64,000 bases of DNA. Source: Eledone cirrhosa (Eukaryota). The DNA lies in NCBI GenBank assembly GCA_964016885.1, contig OZ024750.1, forward strand, positions 27,528,001 through 27,592,000, given 5' to 3'. The position numbers and the translations under genes are program-made. Of this stretch, positions 27,078-40,810 are shown in pieces. The notes under the pieces were generated by a model. The model searched no databases and had not been told where the DNA came from. It worked only from the letters and a program-made list of their open reading frames with translations. Position 1 is the first letter of the stretch. Each line of letters begins with the position of its first letter.

Positions 27078-30000
27078 TTGAGAGTTGGCTGTTTGAACGC
27101 GCGTGGCCTGGGCTCAGCTTGGAAGCAAGCAAAGCTACTAAGTGACCTCAGGTCACGAAGTATAGATGTGATGGTTGTTTGCGAGAGTCGGATCAGCAGC
27201 GTGCGACAGCTGGCTCCCGCCTTCGATGACTTTGAGATGCACGCATCTCTCTGTCAACCCGGAGGCGGGGGGGGGGGAGTTGCCGTACTGCTGGATACAC
27301 GTCTGGCTCTCGACGTACAGATTGTTCACTCGGACCCGGGGGGTCGATTACTGGTGCTGGACGTCGGAGGTGGTGAAGGCGGGGCTTTCAGACTGGTCGG
27401 TCTTTATGCCCCCTTCGGGGCTGAAAGAGCCGACTTCTTCCAGCGACTGGAGACTTTTCTAGGAACGTCGCGTTCCCTGCTTTTAGTGGGGGACTGGAAT
27501 GGAATCCTAGATGCGCGTTGGGACTATGCAGGGGCATGTCCCGATAGAGGGGGGGTGTAGCAGCCTCAAGGGGTTACTCGATCGATTCGACCTGGTCGAT
27601 AGATTTCGACTAGATTGTCCAACTGCGCCAACCTGGACCTGGGCAAACCGCAGTGGACAATCTAGATCGTACCTAGATAGGTTTTTGGTTAGGAGTAAGG
27701 ATAGGGACGTATTTAGTTGTCCAGAATTGATCATGGTTGGCTATTCAGATCACAAATTAGTGACCTGCGTGGTCAACCTTGATAGAACGCATAGATAGGG
27801 TCCCGGTTACTGGAAGATGAACTTGTCCTTGCCGGCAAAGAAAGATTACAGGAACCGGATTAGTAGCTTAGTTAAGATGCGGTTGACGGGAGCGATCGTC
27901 AACAGTAGGTGGTGGGTATCTCTAAAGAGAGAGATTAGAGTAAGTTCGATAGGTTACAGTAAGGAACTAGCGGCGAATAGAAATAGGAAGGAAAGGGAGT
28001 TAACAGATAAACTAGAAGAGGCGATTAGGAGCGGAGACGTAGCCAGAGTGTTAGCGGCGAGAACGGCGTTGAGCCAGTTCTTTGACGCGAAGCACGAAGG
28101 CTGCGTTGTCCGAAGTAAAATACGTGCTTTAGGAAACGAGGGGACCAAAGCTGTTAGCTGGGCCCGCGTGACAGAAGCCAAGAGTGGGATTAAATCCACC
28201 ATTCGGTCTTTGCAAGACCAGGATGGACGGGTGATCCTTTAACCTGAGCGGATGTGCGAGGCCTTTCAAAGGCACTTTGCTCGACTGTTCGGAGGGGGAG
28301 GGGGGCCGGACGGGGATGTGGACTTCGGTCCATACCTCGACGGTCTACCGCGTCTTTCGAGCGGCGAAGCGGAGTGCTGCGAAAGGCCAATCACAGCCAC
28401 TGAAATCGGGGAAGCGCTCAGCCAATGCAGCAGACGCAAATCTCCGGGTCTCGATGGTCTACCATACGAACTTTATTTAGCTATGCCGGTCTTGTTCTCC
28501 GAACTCCTCGAGGCTGTCTATTGCAACTGGCAACAGAACGGGAGAATTCCCTGTTCTGTGACCAAGGGCGTGGTCACGCTAGTGAGGAAGGACGAGAGCA
28601 AAAGGGACGACTTAAGTAACTTTAGGCCCATAACTCTGCTGAATGCAGAGTTACAGATTTTGGCCAAGGTGTTGGCGAAGAGGTTGGCGCTTGTGGTGGG
28701 TGGTTTGGTGGGAGACGCGCAGACATGCGCTATCCCGTCCAGGTCCATTCACGACAACCTCCACCTCATGCGATACATCATAGAGAGGGTTGACAACGAA
28801 CCCGGCTTTGGTGGGGCCCTGATCAACTTGGATCAATCTAAGGCGTTCGATAGGGTCGACCATGGTTACCTGGATGCGGTGCTAGCGGCGGCGGGCTTCG
28901 GACCCGTTTTCAGGGGCTGGATTTCTGCCATGCACAGTGGCAACATCTACTCTAGGATTAAAGTAAACGGCTCCCTCTCGGAGCCGTTTCAAATCACCCG
29001 GTCCATCAGACAGGGGTGCCCCCTCTCCTCCCTTCTGTACGTATTGACTCTCGAGCCACTGCTGCGGAAGTTGGAGTTGCTGCGGGGCATACCCCTGGAA
29101 CCGGGATTGCACAAAGCGGTCTCGGCCTATGCCGACGACGTAACAGTAATGGTGGCGGACGCCTCGGAAATCGGGGCGATCGCCACCCTACTGGAGGAAT
29201 ACGAAAGGCTGACGGGGCTAGGCTGAACGGGGACAAGTCAGTCGGTTTGCAACTCGGAACGTGGAGGGGCAAACCGATGCCGTTAGACGGTGTCGTCGGG
29301 CGGTGGACGGAGGGCCCGGTGAAGCTGCTCGGGGTCTGGTTCGGACCGGACCTCCAGGTGGAGAAGAATTGGGGCGAGGTGACGAGCAGGGTGTTTGCGC
29401 TGACCCAGAAGTGGGCCAAGTGCAAACTATCACTGAAAGGTCGGGCGGAGGTGACGAACGCTTACATAGCGTCCGTCATCTGCTACCGCCTGACCGACGT
29501 GCCTTGCCCCAAGGAAAAGATCACCATCATGGAACGCATGCTCTTCCAGTTCCTCTGGAAGAAGCGGCCTCCCGTGGTGAGGAGATCCATCTGCTGCCAG
29601 CACCCTTCGAAAGGAGGGCTGGGTATGCCGTGGCTGTTGATGCGTAGGCACGCATTGAGGCTACGGCATCTACAGGTATTCCTCACCGGTCAGCCGGTGT
29701 GGGCCCCGTTTGTGAGGCGAGCCTTCCCACAGCTCGTCTCGCTCACCGAGCTGCAATCCTGGGTGAAGCAAAGACCGAGAAAACTGGGCAACTGGCACAC
29801 CGAGTGTGCCCAGGCGCTCACGGCTATCTGGCAAGCGGACCCGACTGTCAGTGGAGAATCCACCTCGACATTCTATAGAGGGCTGGTGGCTAGCAGGGGA
29901 GACGACACCCTTGGAGAGTCGCTAGGCATGGAGGAGGGCGAACTGGCCAGCCTGTTCGATAGAACTTTCGGCCCGGGACCCATGGACAACTTCCAGAGGT

Positions 30001-30509
30001 CCCTAGCCTGGCAGTGTTACCGGGGGGCTCTGCCCGTTCGAGAAAAGCTCTACAGACACGGGCGCCCGGGCAGGGATCCAGCGAAAAAGATCTGTCCCAG
30101 ATGCGTGCGCGACGAGGAAACCGTTGCGCATGCACTGGTACACTGCCCGGGCGTTGCCGATCTGTGGGGCTACGTCGAACGACTGCTGGCGCGTGTGGCG
30201 CCGATTCGATTAACCGCCGAGTCTGTGGTGAACATCAAGCCGCCGCCTCCCTTCAGAAACGAAGCAGAGGCGGTCTTTCTGTGCATAATAGCCATGATGA
30301 AAGAGGTTGTGTGGTGGACGCGCCTGAAAGGTCTGAGGTCGGGTGACTTTCTCTCCGGCCATCACCTGGTTTACTTCTTCCGATACGACTTCGGAAGAAG
30401 GATCAGGATGGAGAGAGAAGTGCTTGGCTCCAGACAGTTTTATGAAAGGTGGGTGAAAGAAGCGAGAATGGCTCGTGTAAATGGGCCTTCTCTCTACATT
30501 GTTCTGTAG
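27078..30509 (+). pseudogene. Tx1 ORF2: AP endonuclease + reverse transcriptase + C-terminal zinc finger
   Basis: LNARGL, GDWN, YLDRF, SDH (APE); KSPGLDG, FRPITLLN, DQSKAFDRVDH, RQGCPLS, YADD (RT); CPRC..ETVAHALVHC. Frameshift near 27550 (G-run), in-frame stops at 27796 and 28240, frameshift near 29215. Confidence 0.92.
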
Positions 30510-30756
30510 GTGAAGAAGTGAAGAGGAAAGGGGGAGCGCCTCCTCTCTGGGCTTCCCCCGCTAAAAGGGTTGCATACTTTTCGGGGGTATGTGCAATCCC
30601 GAACACGCCCCCTCCCTTTTGAGGACTTTTTCTTATTATATTATTATTGTTATTCCTTTTTTCTTTACTCGATTTATGTAAACTCCCCCACTGTGTATTT
30701 GTCCCCTTCTTTTGTGCCCTCGTGGCAAATAAATAGAAATTTATCTATCTATCTAT

Positions 30757-31108
30757 AGACCCCCAGCCGTTTTTATGAAAGATGGGTGAAAGTGGCGAGA
30801 ATGGCCCGTGTGAATGGGCCTTCACTCTACATCAGACTATAGGTGAGGAAGATGAAAGACCAAGGGAGCACCCCTTCTCTGTGCTCCTGAGGAGAAGGGT
30901 TGCACACTTTTTTTCGGGGGTGTGTGCGACCCCCCAAGGCGCCTCCTCTCTATTGAGGACTTTGTTATAAATTTTATTTTTTGTTATATTTTATTTTATT
31001 TTTATATATTGTTATTGCCTCCTCCTTATTGGGGACGCCTTGTTTTGTAAACTCCCCCCATTGTACATGTCCCGCTTTTGATGCCCTGGTGGCAAATAAA
31101 AGAAACAT
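30757..31108 (+). mobile_element. Tx1 5'-truncated copy (ORF2 end + 3'UTR)
   Basis: TTTTATGAAAGATGGGTGAAAGTGGCGAGAATGG..AATGGGCCTTC matches 30438-30500; ends GGCAAATAAAAGAAACA-(TATC)n. Confidence 0.85.
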
Positions 31109-32064
31109 ATCTATCTATCTATCTATCTAGTTTGACGGAAAGGGAGTTAGAGTTAGGTCACGCTAGCTACTTAGTATAGGTACATTTACAATCTCTAAGT
31201 TAACAACTAGTATCTATTAATATGGCGGACTATTTTTTACGTGTCTAACGTTCCTCTGTATATTTTAGGTGTGTGCATATTTCTTTTGTGACAGTGAATT
31301 CCTGCAGTTGCACACATATATTCGCATACACACCAACAGGAAAAATAAAAACGAGTCGGTTTTTGTGTGTGTGAGTGTGTGTCTTAGTGTGTTTCTGTGT
31401 GTGTTCTTGTGCCTGTGTGTGTGTGAGTGTATCTGTGTGTGTGTATGAGTGTATTTGTGTGTGTGTGTGTGAGTGTATTTCTGTGTGTGGTGGGTGTCTC
31501 TGTGGGTGTGTTTGAGTGTGTCTGTGTGTGTATGTGATTCTGTTTTTGCAAATGTTTATGAGTTGTGAGTGTCACTGTGTGTATATGTGAGTGTGTCTGT
31601 GTGTGTGAGTGTACGCCACTAAGAGTATGCACTTGTAACGATGTATACATATATACACACACATGTGCATGTATATATGTACAGTCTTTGATTGTGCAAA
31701 CATAACCAGGATTTGATTAGCTGTCTGAAAGGCAGCAAAAGTGAGTAAACTTGTTTAACCAGTAATACTAACGTGACTCACATCAAACAAAACACACACA
31801 GCAATAAAACAAAACAAGACCGGATAATAAAAGTAGAAAGCAAAACCATGGGAATGAATTTTGGGAGGGCAAACTCAGGAAACTCGGTTAACTCCGATAT
31901 AAAACCTGCGGCTCAGTAGTTACCGATAATGTTGATCTTTTCTTCTTTTCGGGTTATAGCTATTGTCGCTCAGAAGTAGGATTGGCTCAGTGCACAGTCT
32001 TTCCTCACGCACAGGCATTGCGCGATAGAATTAATTAATAATTAATTCACAAAGTGTTACCAAT

Positions 32065-33308
32065 AGAGAGAGAGTCGGTTTCTAACATAGACACAAGACT
32101 CTCTCATTGGAATTTACACAACATCAACTAGGTAGATATGTATGTATGCATGTGTAGATATGAATGTTATTGTATGTGTAGATGTGTATGTTTTGAGTTG
32201 TATGTGTGCATGTGTATATGCTTTGTATCTGTACATGTGTATATGCAGTTATTAGATGCAAAATTTTTGGAATGTTTTACATATTTTTACTGTTCCATTA
32301 ATGGATTGTACTTGTAATTTCCTAACTAGTTGTGTTCTTTCTGTTCCTGTGAAGCCCAGCTTCTCAAGATTTGTACTGGGGCAGTTACTAACATACCTCA
32401 GTGTCCCAATAATCACAGGCATAAATCTGAAGGTGTAATCAGGATGGAGTATCTGCAGATTTATCATCAGTTCTGCATAAATATTCTCCTTTTCACTAAT
32501 CTTGATATTATATTGGCATCTGCTGGGCAGCTAATTTCCACTACTGTGCATGTTTTCTTCTCCCTGTCCCATATCATACTATCTGGTCTGTTATGCCTGC
32601 ATTTTATTGGGGTTTTTACTGGAACATTCCACCAGCACTCTTTCATATTATGTACATGGATGTCTTCCACATTGTTGTAGCTTTTAATATGTTTATTATC
32701 GGGGCTATCTTTTTTTACGAACTGCATTGTACAGTGTTTTTGGCCACTACATCATGCCTCATAGGTAGATAGTACCGCGATGACATCTTTGGACAGCTGC
32801 TGATGACATGGGTGATATCCTCGATGTTAGTTCTGCAGAGTCTGCACTTGTTATCACATCTAGGTGTTTTGCCTGCATCCCTATCTCTTTTATGAATCAG
32901 GTATTTCGTGCTAATCTCCTGTTCCTGGATTGCAAAAGCGTATCCTTCAAAGTATAGCGGTTGTTGGTCCAAGATAGACTACTTTCCTTATGTATATTAC
33001 TCTCACTCTAGTGCTTCCTGGCAACATATCCATGCATGATTTTTTACTGATAGGCATGCAGTTTTTCATCCATGGATTCACTGCGATACTGCTGAGCGAC
33101 ATCCCTGGGTGTGATATTTTGATTATCACACAGGGAATATCTCTCAAGGAGTTCCTTCCCAAATCTCATGATCTTATCTGTTTCATGCAGAGAGACTTGC
33201 TCGAGAAACGGGCTCTTACGCTTCGAGGTTCGTAGATGTTGTCGGAGAGATATGATGCGACATACAAATGTTGTCTGGACTGATGTTAGGCCTCTGCCTC
33301 CCTGCTTA
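32065..33308 (-). mobile_element. R4/Dong-clade non-LTR retrotransposon, 5'-truncated, frameshifted
   Basis: GGRGL, AIQEQEISTK, CRLC..EDITHVISSC, RHDVVA, HNRPD..W..EISCP, PVIIG: CCHC plus PD-(D/E)xK restriction-like endonuclease; 5' junction in (TATG)n. Confidence 0.85.
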
Positions 33309-33479
33309 CGTATGTATGTATGTATGTATGTATGTATGTATGTATGTATGTATGTATGTATGTATGTATGTATGTATGCATGCATGCATGTTTGTATGTA
33401 TGTATGTATGCATGCATGCATGTTTGTATGTATGTATTTATGTATGTATGTTCTCTCTTAATTTTGTGTTCATTTTTGA

Positions 33480-35078
33480 CCAGGCAATAAAATGTGTCAG
33501 TACTGCTCCCAAAGTGCTATACCAACCCAATAAAATGTGCCACTACTACGCCCCAAATTTTACACCAATCCCATATAATGCGCCACAAAGTTTTACATCA
33601 AGCCCAATAAAATGTGCCACTGCTGTACCCCAAATTGCTACATCTCTCCCAATAAAATGTGCCACTACTGTGCCCCTAAAGTTTTACACCAACTCCAATA
33701 AAATGTGGCATTACTGTGACTCAAATTGCTACATCAACCCCAATAAAACGTGGCACTACTGTGCCTCAAAATGATATAAGAACCCCAATAAAATGTGGAA
33801 CTACTGTGCCTCAAATTGCTACATCAATCCCAATAAAATATGTCACTACTGTGCCTCAAATTGCTAAATCAACCACAATAAAATATGTCACTACTGTGCC
33901 CCTAAAGTTTTACACCAACTCCAATAAAATGTGGCATTACTGTGACTCAAATTGCTACATCAACCCCAATAAAACGTGGCACTACTGTGCCTCAAAATGA
34001 TATAAGAACCCCAATAAAATGTGGAACTACTGTGCCTCAAATTGCTACATCAATCCCAATAAAATATGTCACTACTGTGCCTCAAATTGCTAAATCAACC
34101 CCAATAAAATATGTCACTACTGTGCCTCAAATTGCCAAATCAACCCCAATAAAATGTGCCAATATTGTGCCCCAAAACTTTATACGAACCACAATAAAAT
34201 GTGCCACTTCTGTACCCCAAATTGCTACATCTCTCCCAATAAAATGTGCCACTACTGTGCCCCAAAGTTTTACATCAACCCCAATAAAATGTGTCATTAT
34301 TGTGCCTCAAATTGCTAAATCAACCGCAATAAAATATGTCACTACTGTGCCTCAAATTGCTAAATCCACCCCAATAAAATGTGCCAATACTGTGGCCCAA
34401 ATTGCCAAATCAACCCCAATAAAATGTGCCAATACTGTGCCCCAAAACTTTATACGAACCCCAATAACATGTGCCACTATTGGGCTCCAAAGTTTTACAT
34501 CAATACCAGGGAAATGTGCCATTACTGTTCCACTATGGTGCCCCGAAGTTTTACATCAATACCACGAAAATGTGCCACTACTGTGCCCCAAATTGCTAAA
34601 TCAACCACAATAAAATGTGCCACTACTGTGCCCCAAAGTTTTACATCAACCCCAATAAAATGTGTCATTATTGTGCCTCAAATTGCTAAATCAAGCCCAA
34701 TAAAATGTGCCACTATTGTGCCCCAAAGTTTTACATCAATACCACGAAAATGTGCCACAACTGTGCCCCAAATTGCTAAATCAACCACAATAAAATGTGC
34801 CACTTCTGTAGCCCAAATTGCTACATCCCTCCCAATAAAATGTGCCACTACTGTGCCCCAAAGTTTTACATCAACCCCAATAAAATGTGTCATTATTGTG
34901 CCTCAAATTGCTAAATCAAGCCCAATAAAATGTGCCACTATTGTGCCCCAAAGTTTTACATCATTACCACGAAAATGAGCCACTACTATGCCACTATTGT
35001 GCCCCAAACTTTTGCATCAATACCAGGAAAATGTGCCACCTCTGTGTCACTATGGTGCTCCAAAGTTTTACATCAATC
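33480..35078. repeat. 45-bp minisatellite with higher-order (226-bp) structure
   Basis: Unit AACCCCAATAAAATGTGCCACTACTGTGCCTCAAATTGCTACATC; identical 5-unit blocks at 33716 and 33942. Confidence 0.95.
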
Positions 35079-35153
35079 CAAGCTTATCAGTAGATTTGAT
35101 GTGGGTTGGGAGGGTGGTAGTGAATATTAAAGACTACCATTATATAACTATAA

Positions 35154-36572
35154 GGCGGTGGATTGGCAGTATCGGTAGACGGTCGGACGCCATGCTTTCC
35201 AGCATAGTTACGTCCCTTTACGATCTGAGTTCAAATCCCGCCGAGGTTGACTTTGCCTTTCATCCTTACGGGGTCGATAAAATAAAGTACCAGTAATGCA
35301 CTGGGTAATTGCTGGCCTTGTGCCTAAAGTAGAAACAATTATATAACTATCAAAATTATCAAAGGAATGTTTATGAATGTCTATATAATATAGATCGTGT
35401 AAATATATGCGTGTAGATATAGGATTATTATATATAACTGTGTATGTGTGTGTGTGTGAGTGAGCGAACGTTTGATTATATGTGACTCTGTGTTTGTGAG
35501 TGAGCGTGTGGTTGTGTGTGTGTGTGTTTTATTTTTTACTATAATATGAAATTTTGTAAATATGTGTGTAAATACATATGGCAGTATAGGTAGAGGGTCG
35601 GACGCCATGCTTTGACGCATAGAGTTACGGCCCTTGCCATTCTGAGTTCAAATCCCGCCGAGGTTAACTTTGCCTTTCATCCTTACGGGGTCGATAAAAT
35701 AAAGTACCAGTAATGCACTGGATAATTGCCGGCCTTGTGCCAATAGTAGAAACAATTATATATAGCAGTATGTATACATATTATTATATATAACCGTGTA
35801 TACATATTATTACATATAACAGCAAAGAGTTACGGCCCTTTATGGTCTGAGTTCAAATCCCGCCGAGGTTAACCTTGCTTTCATCCTTACGGGGTCGATA
35901 AAATAAAGTACCAGTAATGTACTGGGTGATTGCTGGCCTTGTGCCTAAAATAGAAACAATTATCTAAGTACCAGTAATGCACTGGGATAATTGCTGGCCT
36001 TGTGCCAAACGTAGAAACAATTATACATAGCAGTGTGTATGTGTGTGTGAGTGAGTGAACGTTTGATTGTGTGTGTGACTGTGTATTTGAGTGTGTGTAT
36101 ATATATATATGTGTGTGCGTAAGAGTATGTGTCTGTGTGTGAGTGAGCGTGTATATGTGTGTATGTATGTATTACTATAAAATAATTGTTTCTACAATAG
36201 GCACAAGGCCAGCAATTAACCCAGTGTATTACTGGTACTTTATTTTATCGACCCCGTAAAGATGAAAGGCAAAGTTAACCTCAACGGGATTTGAACTCAG
36301 AATGGCAAGGGCCGTAACTCCATGCGTCAAATCATGGTCCGACTCTCTACCGATACTGCCAATTCACCGCCCTTTTACTATAAAATAATTGTTTCTACTT
36401 TAGGCACAAGGCCAGCAATACCCAGTGCATTACTGGTACTTTATTTTATCGACCCCGTAAGGATGAAAGGCAAAGTCAACCTCGGCGGGATTTGAACTCA
36501 GATCGTAAAGGGACGTAACTATGCTGGAAAGCATGGCGTCCGACACTCTATCGATACTGCCAATCCACCACC
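35154..36572. mobile_element. Cluster of five family A SINEs: 35154-35342(+), 35579-35760(+), 35823-36025(+), 36181-36372(-), 36384-36572(-)
   Basis: Each carries the GCCTTTCATCCTTACGGGGTCGATAAAAT core or a near match. Confidence 0.88.
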
Positions 36573-36707
36573 TTTACTATAAAATAATGTTTGTAAATAT
36601 ATGTGTAGATATATAATTATTATATATAATAACTGTGTATATGTGTATGAGCGTTTGAGTGCGGGTGTAAGTGTATATGTGAGTGAATGTTTGAGTGAGG
36701 GTCTAGA

Positions 36708-36761
<54 letters not shown>

Positions 36762-37186
36762 AGACTGTATGTGTGCGTCTGTGTATGAGTATGTGAGTGT
36801 GGGTTATTTACTATATGTATATGGTGTCAAAAGTTACGCAACAGGTACTTGGCTGATAACAGTCGAATATTTGGCGCCCTTTTTTTACGCAGTGTCAAAT
36901 TTCGTAAGTGAAATCACTAACCCACACCATCATCCTACATCTGTCTCTCTCTCTCTCTCTCTCTCACTTTCGGTCTCTGTCCCTCCCCCTCCCGCTCTCT
37001 ATCTATCCATTACCCTCTCTTCTTCTCATCCTCTCTTTCTCTCTCTCTCTCTCACAGACATATACTTATATATTTATAAAAATGTATATACGTATATGAT
37101 AAAAAATATGTATAATATATATATATATAGCCGGATGGCTGAAACAGGTAAAAGAGTATATATATATATATATATATGACGAAATA

Positions 37187-37251
<65 letters not shown>

Positions 37252-37344
37252 TTATATATGTATATATATATATGTATGCATATAAAATACATATGTATAT
37301 AAATATATGAAAAAATGGGGAGAAGAATACTGCAGGTTGCACAT

Positions 37345-37461
<117 letters not shown>

Positions 37462-39664
37462 TATAGATATATAAATATATATATATAGATATATATGCAT
37501 ACACACATACACACACATACACACACAACGTAATAAAAATGACCTTAGTACATGTGTTTGGAGCATTTCCGCTTTCACACATACACACACACACAGGCAC
37601 ACACACAGGCACGCACAGGCACACATACACACACGCACACATAGATACATACATACAGTCGCATCTACACATACCACACATAAACACAGAGACACACAAA
37701 CACACGCATACACATATACACAGAGACACACACTCACATACACATGCACACATATATACACACACACTCACAAACACACGCATACACACATACACAAAGA
37801 GACTCACACTCACATACATATGCACACATATATACACACACACTCACAAACACACGAATACACACATACACAGAGAGACACTCACTCACATACATATGCA
37901 CACATATATACACACACACACTCACAAACACACGCATATACACACACACACACACACAGACACACACTCACAAACACACGCATACACATATACACAGAGA
38001 GACACACACATACATATGCACACATAAATACACACACACAAACACACGCATACACACATACACAGAGAGACACACACACTCACATACATACATACATACA
38101 TACATACATACACACATACACAGGGAGACTCATACATACATACATACATACATACATACATACATTCATACATACATACATACATACATACAGAGAGAGA
38201 CACATACATACATACATACATACATACATACACACATACACAGGGAGACTCATACATACATACATACATACATACAGAGACACATACATACATACATACA
38301 TACAGAGAGAGACACATACATACATACATACATACACACATACACAGGGAGACTCATACATACATACATACATACATACATACATACATACATACATACA
38401 TACATACACACATATATATTGTATATTGTATTTATTTAAAAATATAATTATAGTTTTCTAAATTTAGCCGAAGGTCAGATAAATTGACTGATATATTATC
38501 TTAATATATCATTATAAGTACACACACACACACACATACACACACACATACACATACATACACACTAACACACACATACACACACTCAAACACACACACA
38601 CACTCACACACACACGCAGACATACTCAAACATACACACAGACACAATCTCTCTCACACAAATACACACTCAAACAGACACCCATACATACACAATCAAA
38701 TAGATACACTTACATACACAGTCACACACACACATACATACACATACATACACACTAACACACACATACACACACTCAAACACACACACACACACGCAGA
38801 CATACTCAAACATACACACAGACACAATCTCTCTCACACACATACACACTCAAACAGACACACATACATACACACTCAAACTGATACACTTACATACACA
38901 CTCACACACACTGACACACACACACACACACACGCAGACACACAGATAAACACATATTCAAACACACTCACACACACACACTACCACAAACACACAACCA
39001 CACACACATACGCACAAAACCAGACACACACACACACAACCGCAAACACTACACACACACACACACATACACACACATAACAGACACACATACACATCAG
39101 ACAGACACAAACACGTACATATACAGACACATATATATCAGACACAAACACACACACACACACACACACATATATACACACACATATCAGTCACAGTCAC
39201 ACACACATACACACGCACACACACATATCAGAGACAGACACATACACACATACACATGCACATATCAGACACACACCACACACACTTCAGACAGTGACAC
39301 ATACACATACATATCAGACACATACACATCACACACATACACACACACATCAGACACACACGCAGCAGACACAGACACACACACATACACATACACACAC
39401 AGAGACACATACACACACAGAGACACATGCATATGACACACACACATATCAAACAGATACTCACACACACATCAAACAGAGACACATACACACACAGAGA
39501 CACATGCATATGACACACACACATATCAAACAGATACTCACACACACATCAAACAGAGACACATACACACACAGAGACACATACACACACAAAGACACAT
39601 GCATATGACACACACACACATCAAACAGAGACAGACACACACACACATCAAACAAAGACAGACA

Positions 39665-39717
<53 letters not shown>

Positions 39718-39719
<2 letters not shown>

Positions 39720-39971
39720 CAGGCCCTCGCAATTCCATCAATGGTACAAAAACCACACACACAGAAGCAATACTGCACACCCATGAAACGCACTCTATCT
39801 GCACACTTAATAACCCCGATATTCCAAACTTTTATCGCTCTCTTCGAACACGCCATTTCCTGAAGAAGGACTTCTGTCCGAAATGTTAAACCCTCTTCTA
39901 CTTCCTCCTAAGCGTGATACTAATAAGATTTTGCGTTTTTGCATCTCTGGTTTTTCTTGCCATTTCCTGAA

Positions 39972-40033
<62 letters not shown>

Positions 40034-40285
40034 CAGGCCCTCGCACTTCCATCAATGGTACAAAAACCATACACATAGAAGCAATACTGCACACCCATGA
40101 AATGCACTCTATCTGCACACTTAATAACCCCGATATTCCAAACTTTTATCGCTCTCTTCGAACACCCCATTTCCTGAAGAAGGACTTCTGTCCGAAATGT
40201 TAAATCCTCTTCTACTTCCTCCTAAGCGTGATACTAATAAGATTTTGCTTTTTTTCATCTCTGGTTTTTCTTGCCATTTCCTGAA

Positions 40286-40290
<5 letters not shown>
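39718..40290 (+). mobile_element. Tandem dimer (314-bp period) of a hammerhead-bearing unit separated by (CA)n
   Basis: CTGAAGA-AGGACTTCTGTCC-GAAA-TG-TT at 39860 and 40174; units nearly identical. Confidence 0.75.
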
Positions 40291-40375
<85 letters not shown>

Positions 40376-40441
40376 GTTTATATATATATATATATACATG
40401 GGAGAGAGAGGGGAGAGAGAGAGAGGGAGAGAAAGAGAAAG

Positions 40442-40504
40442 AGAACTGTTTCATTCGCATGAAGTCATCATTCCTGAATGATTTCATACGAATAAAACAG
40501 TTCT
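40442..40504. ncRNA. Small fold-back of two decayed hammerhead halves (51277 family)
   Basis: AGAACTGTTTCATTCG..GTCATCA / CTGAATGATTTCATACGAATAAAACAGTTCT. Confidence 0.55.
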
Positions 40505-40549
40505 AATCTTGGAAAAGTCATTTCTCTCTCTCTCTCTCTTTGTATATAT

Positions 40550-40616
<67 letters not shown>

Positions 40617-40618
40617 GT

Positions 40619-40810
40619 AATAATTGTTTCTACTTTTGGCACAAGGCCAGCAATTATTCCAGTGTATTACTGGTACTTTATTTTATCGGCCCCGTAAGGA
40701 TGAAAGGCAAAGTTAATCTCGGCGGGATTTGAACTCAAAATGGCAAGGGCCGTAACTCTATGCGGCAAAGCATGGCGTCCGACCCTCTACCGATACTGCC
40801 AATCCACCGT
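40619..40810 (-). mobile_element. Meta/MESC SINE family A
   Basis: Full reverse-complement match. Confidence 0.85.

Larger units (their letters stand above)
25041..30742 (+). mobile_element. Near full-length Tx1/L1-type non-LTR retrotransposon (disabled)
   Basis: 5'UTR, ORF1 with CCHC knuckle, ORF2 APE-RT-zinc finger, 3'UTR with AATAAA; (TATC)n on both sides. Confidence 0.92.
24554..31128. repeat. (TATC)n microsatellite split by four Tx1-type insertions
   Basis: TATC runs at ~24554-24580, 24781-24872, 24963-25040, 30742-30756 and 31108-31128. Confidence 0.85.

Noticed and set aside
29261-30346. Alternative-frame and antisense ORFs overlapping Tx1 ORF2
   Set aside because: Shadow ORFs of GC-rich coding sequence
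32071-32115. CCAATGA...GAAACCGAC in the Dong 3'UTR (minus strand)
   Set aside because: Two core mismatches and poor stems; cannot be called a ribozyme from this copy
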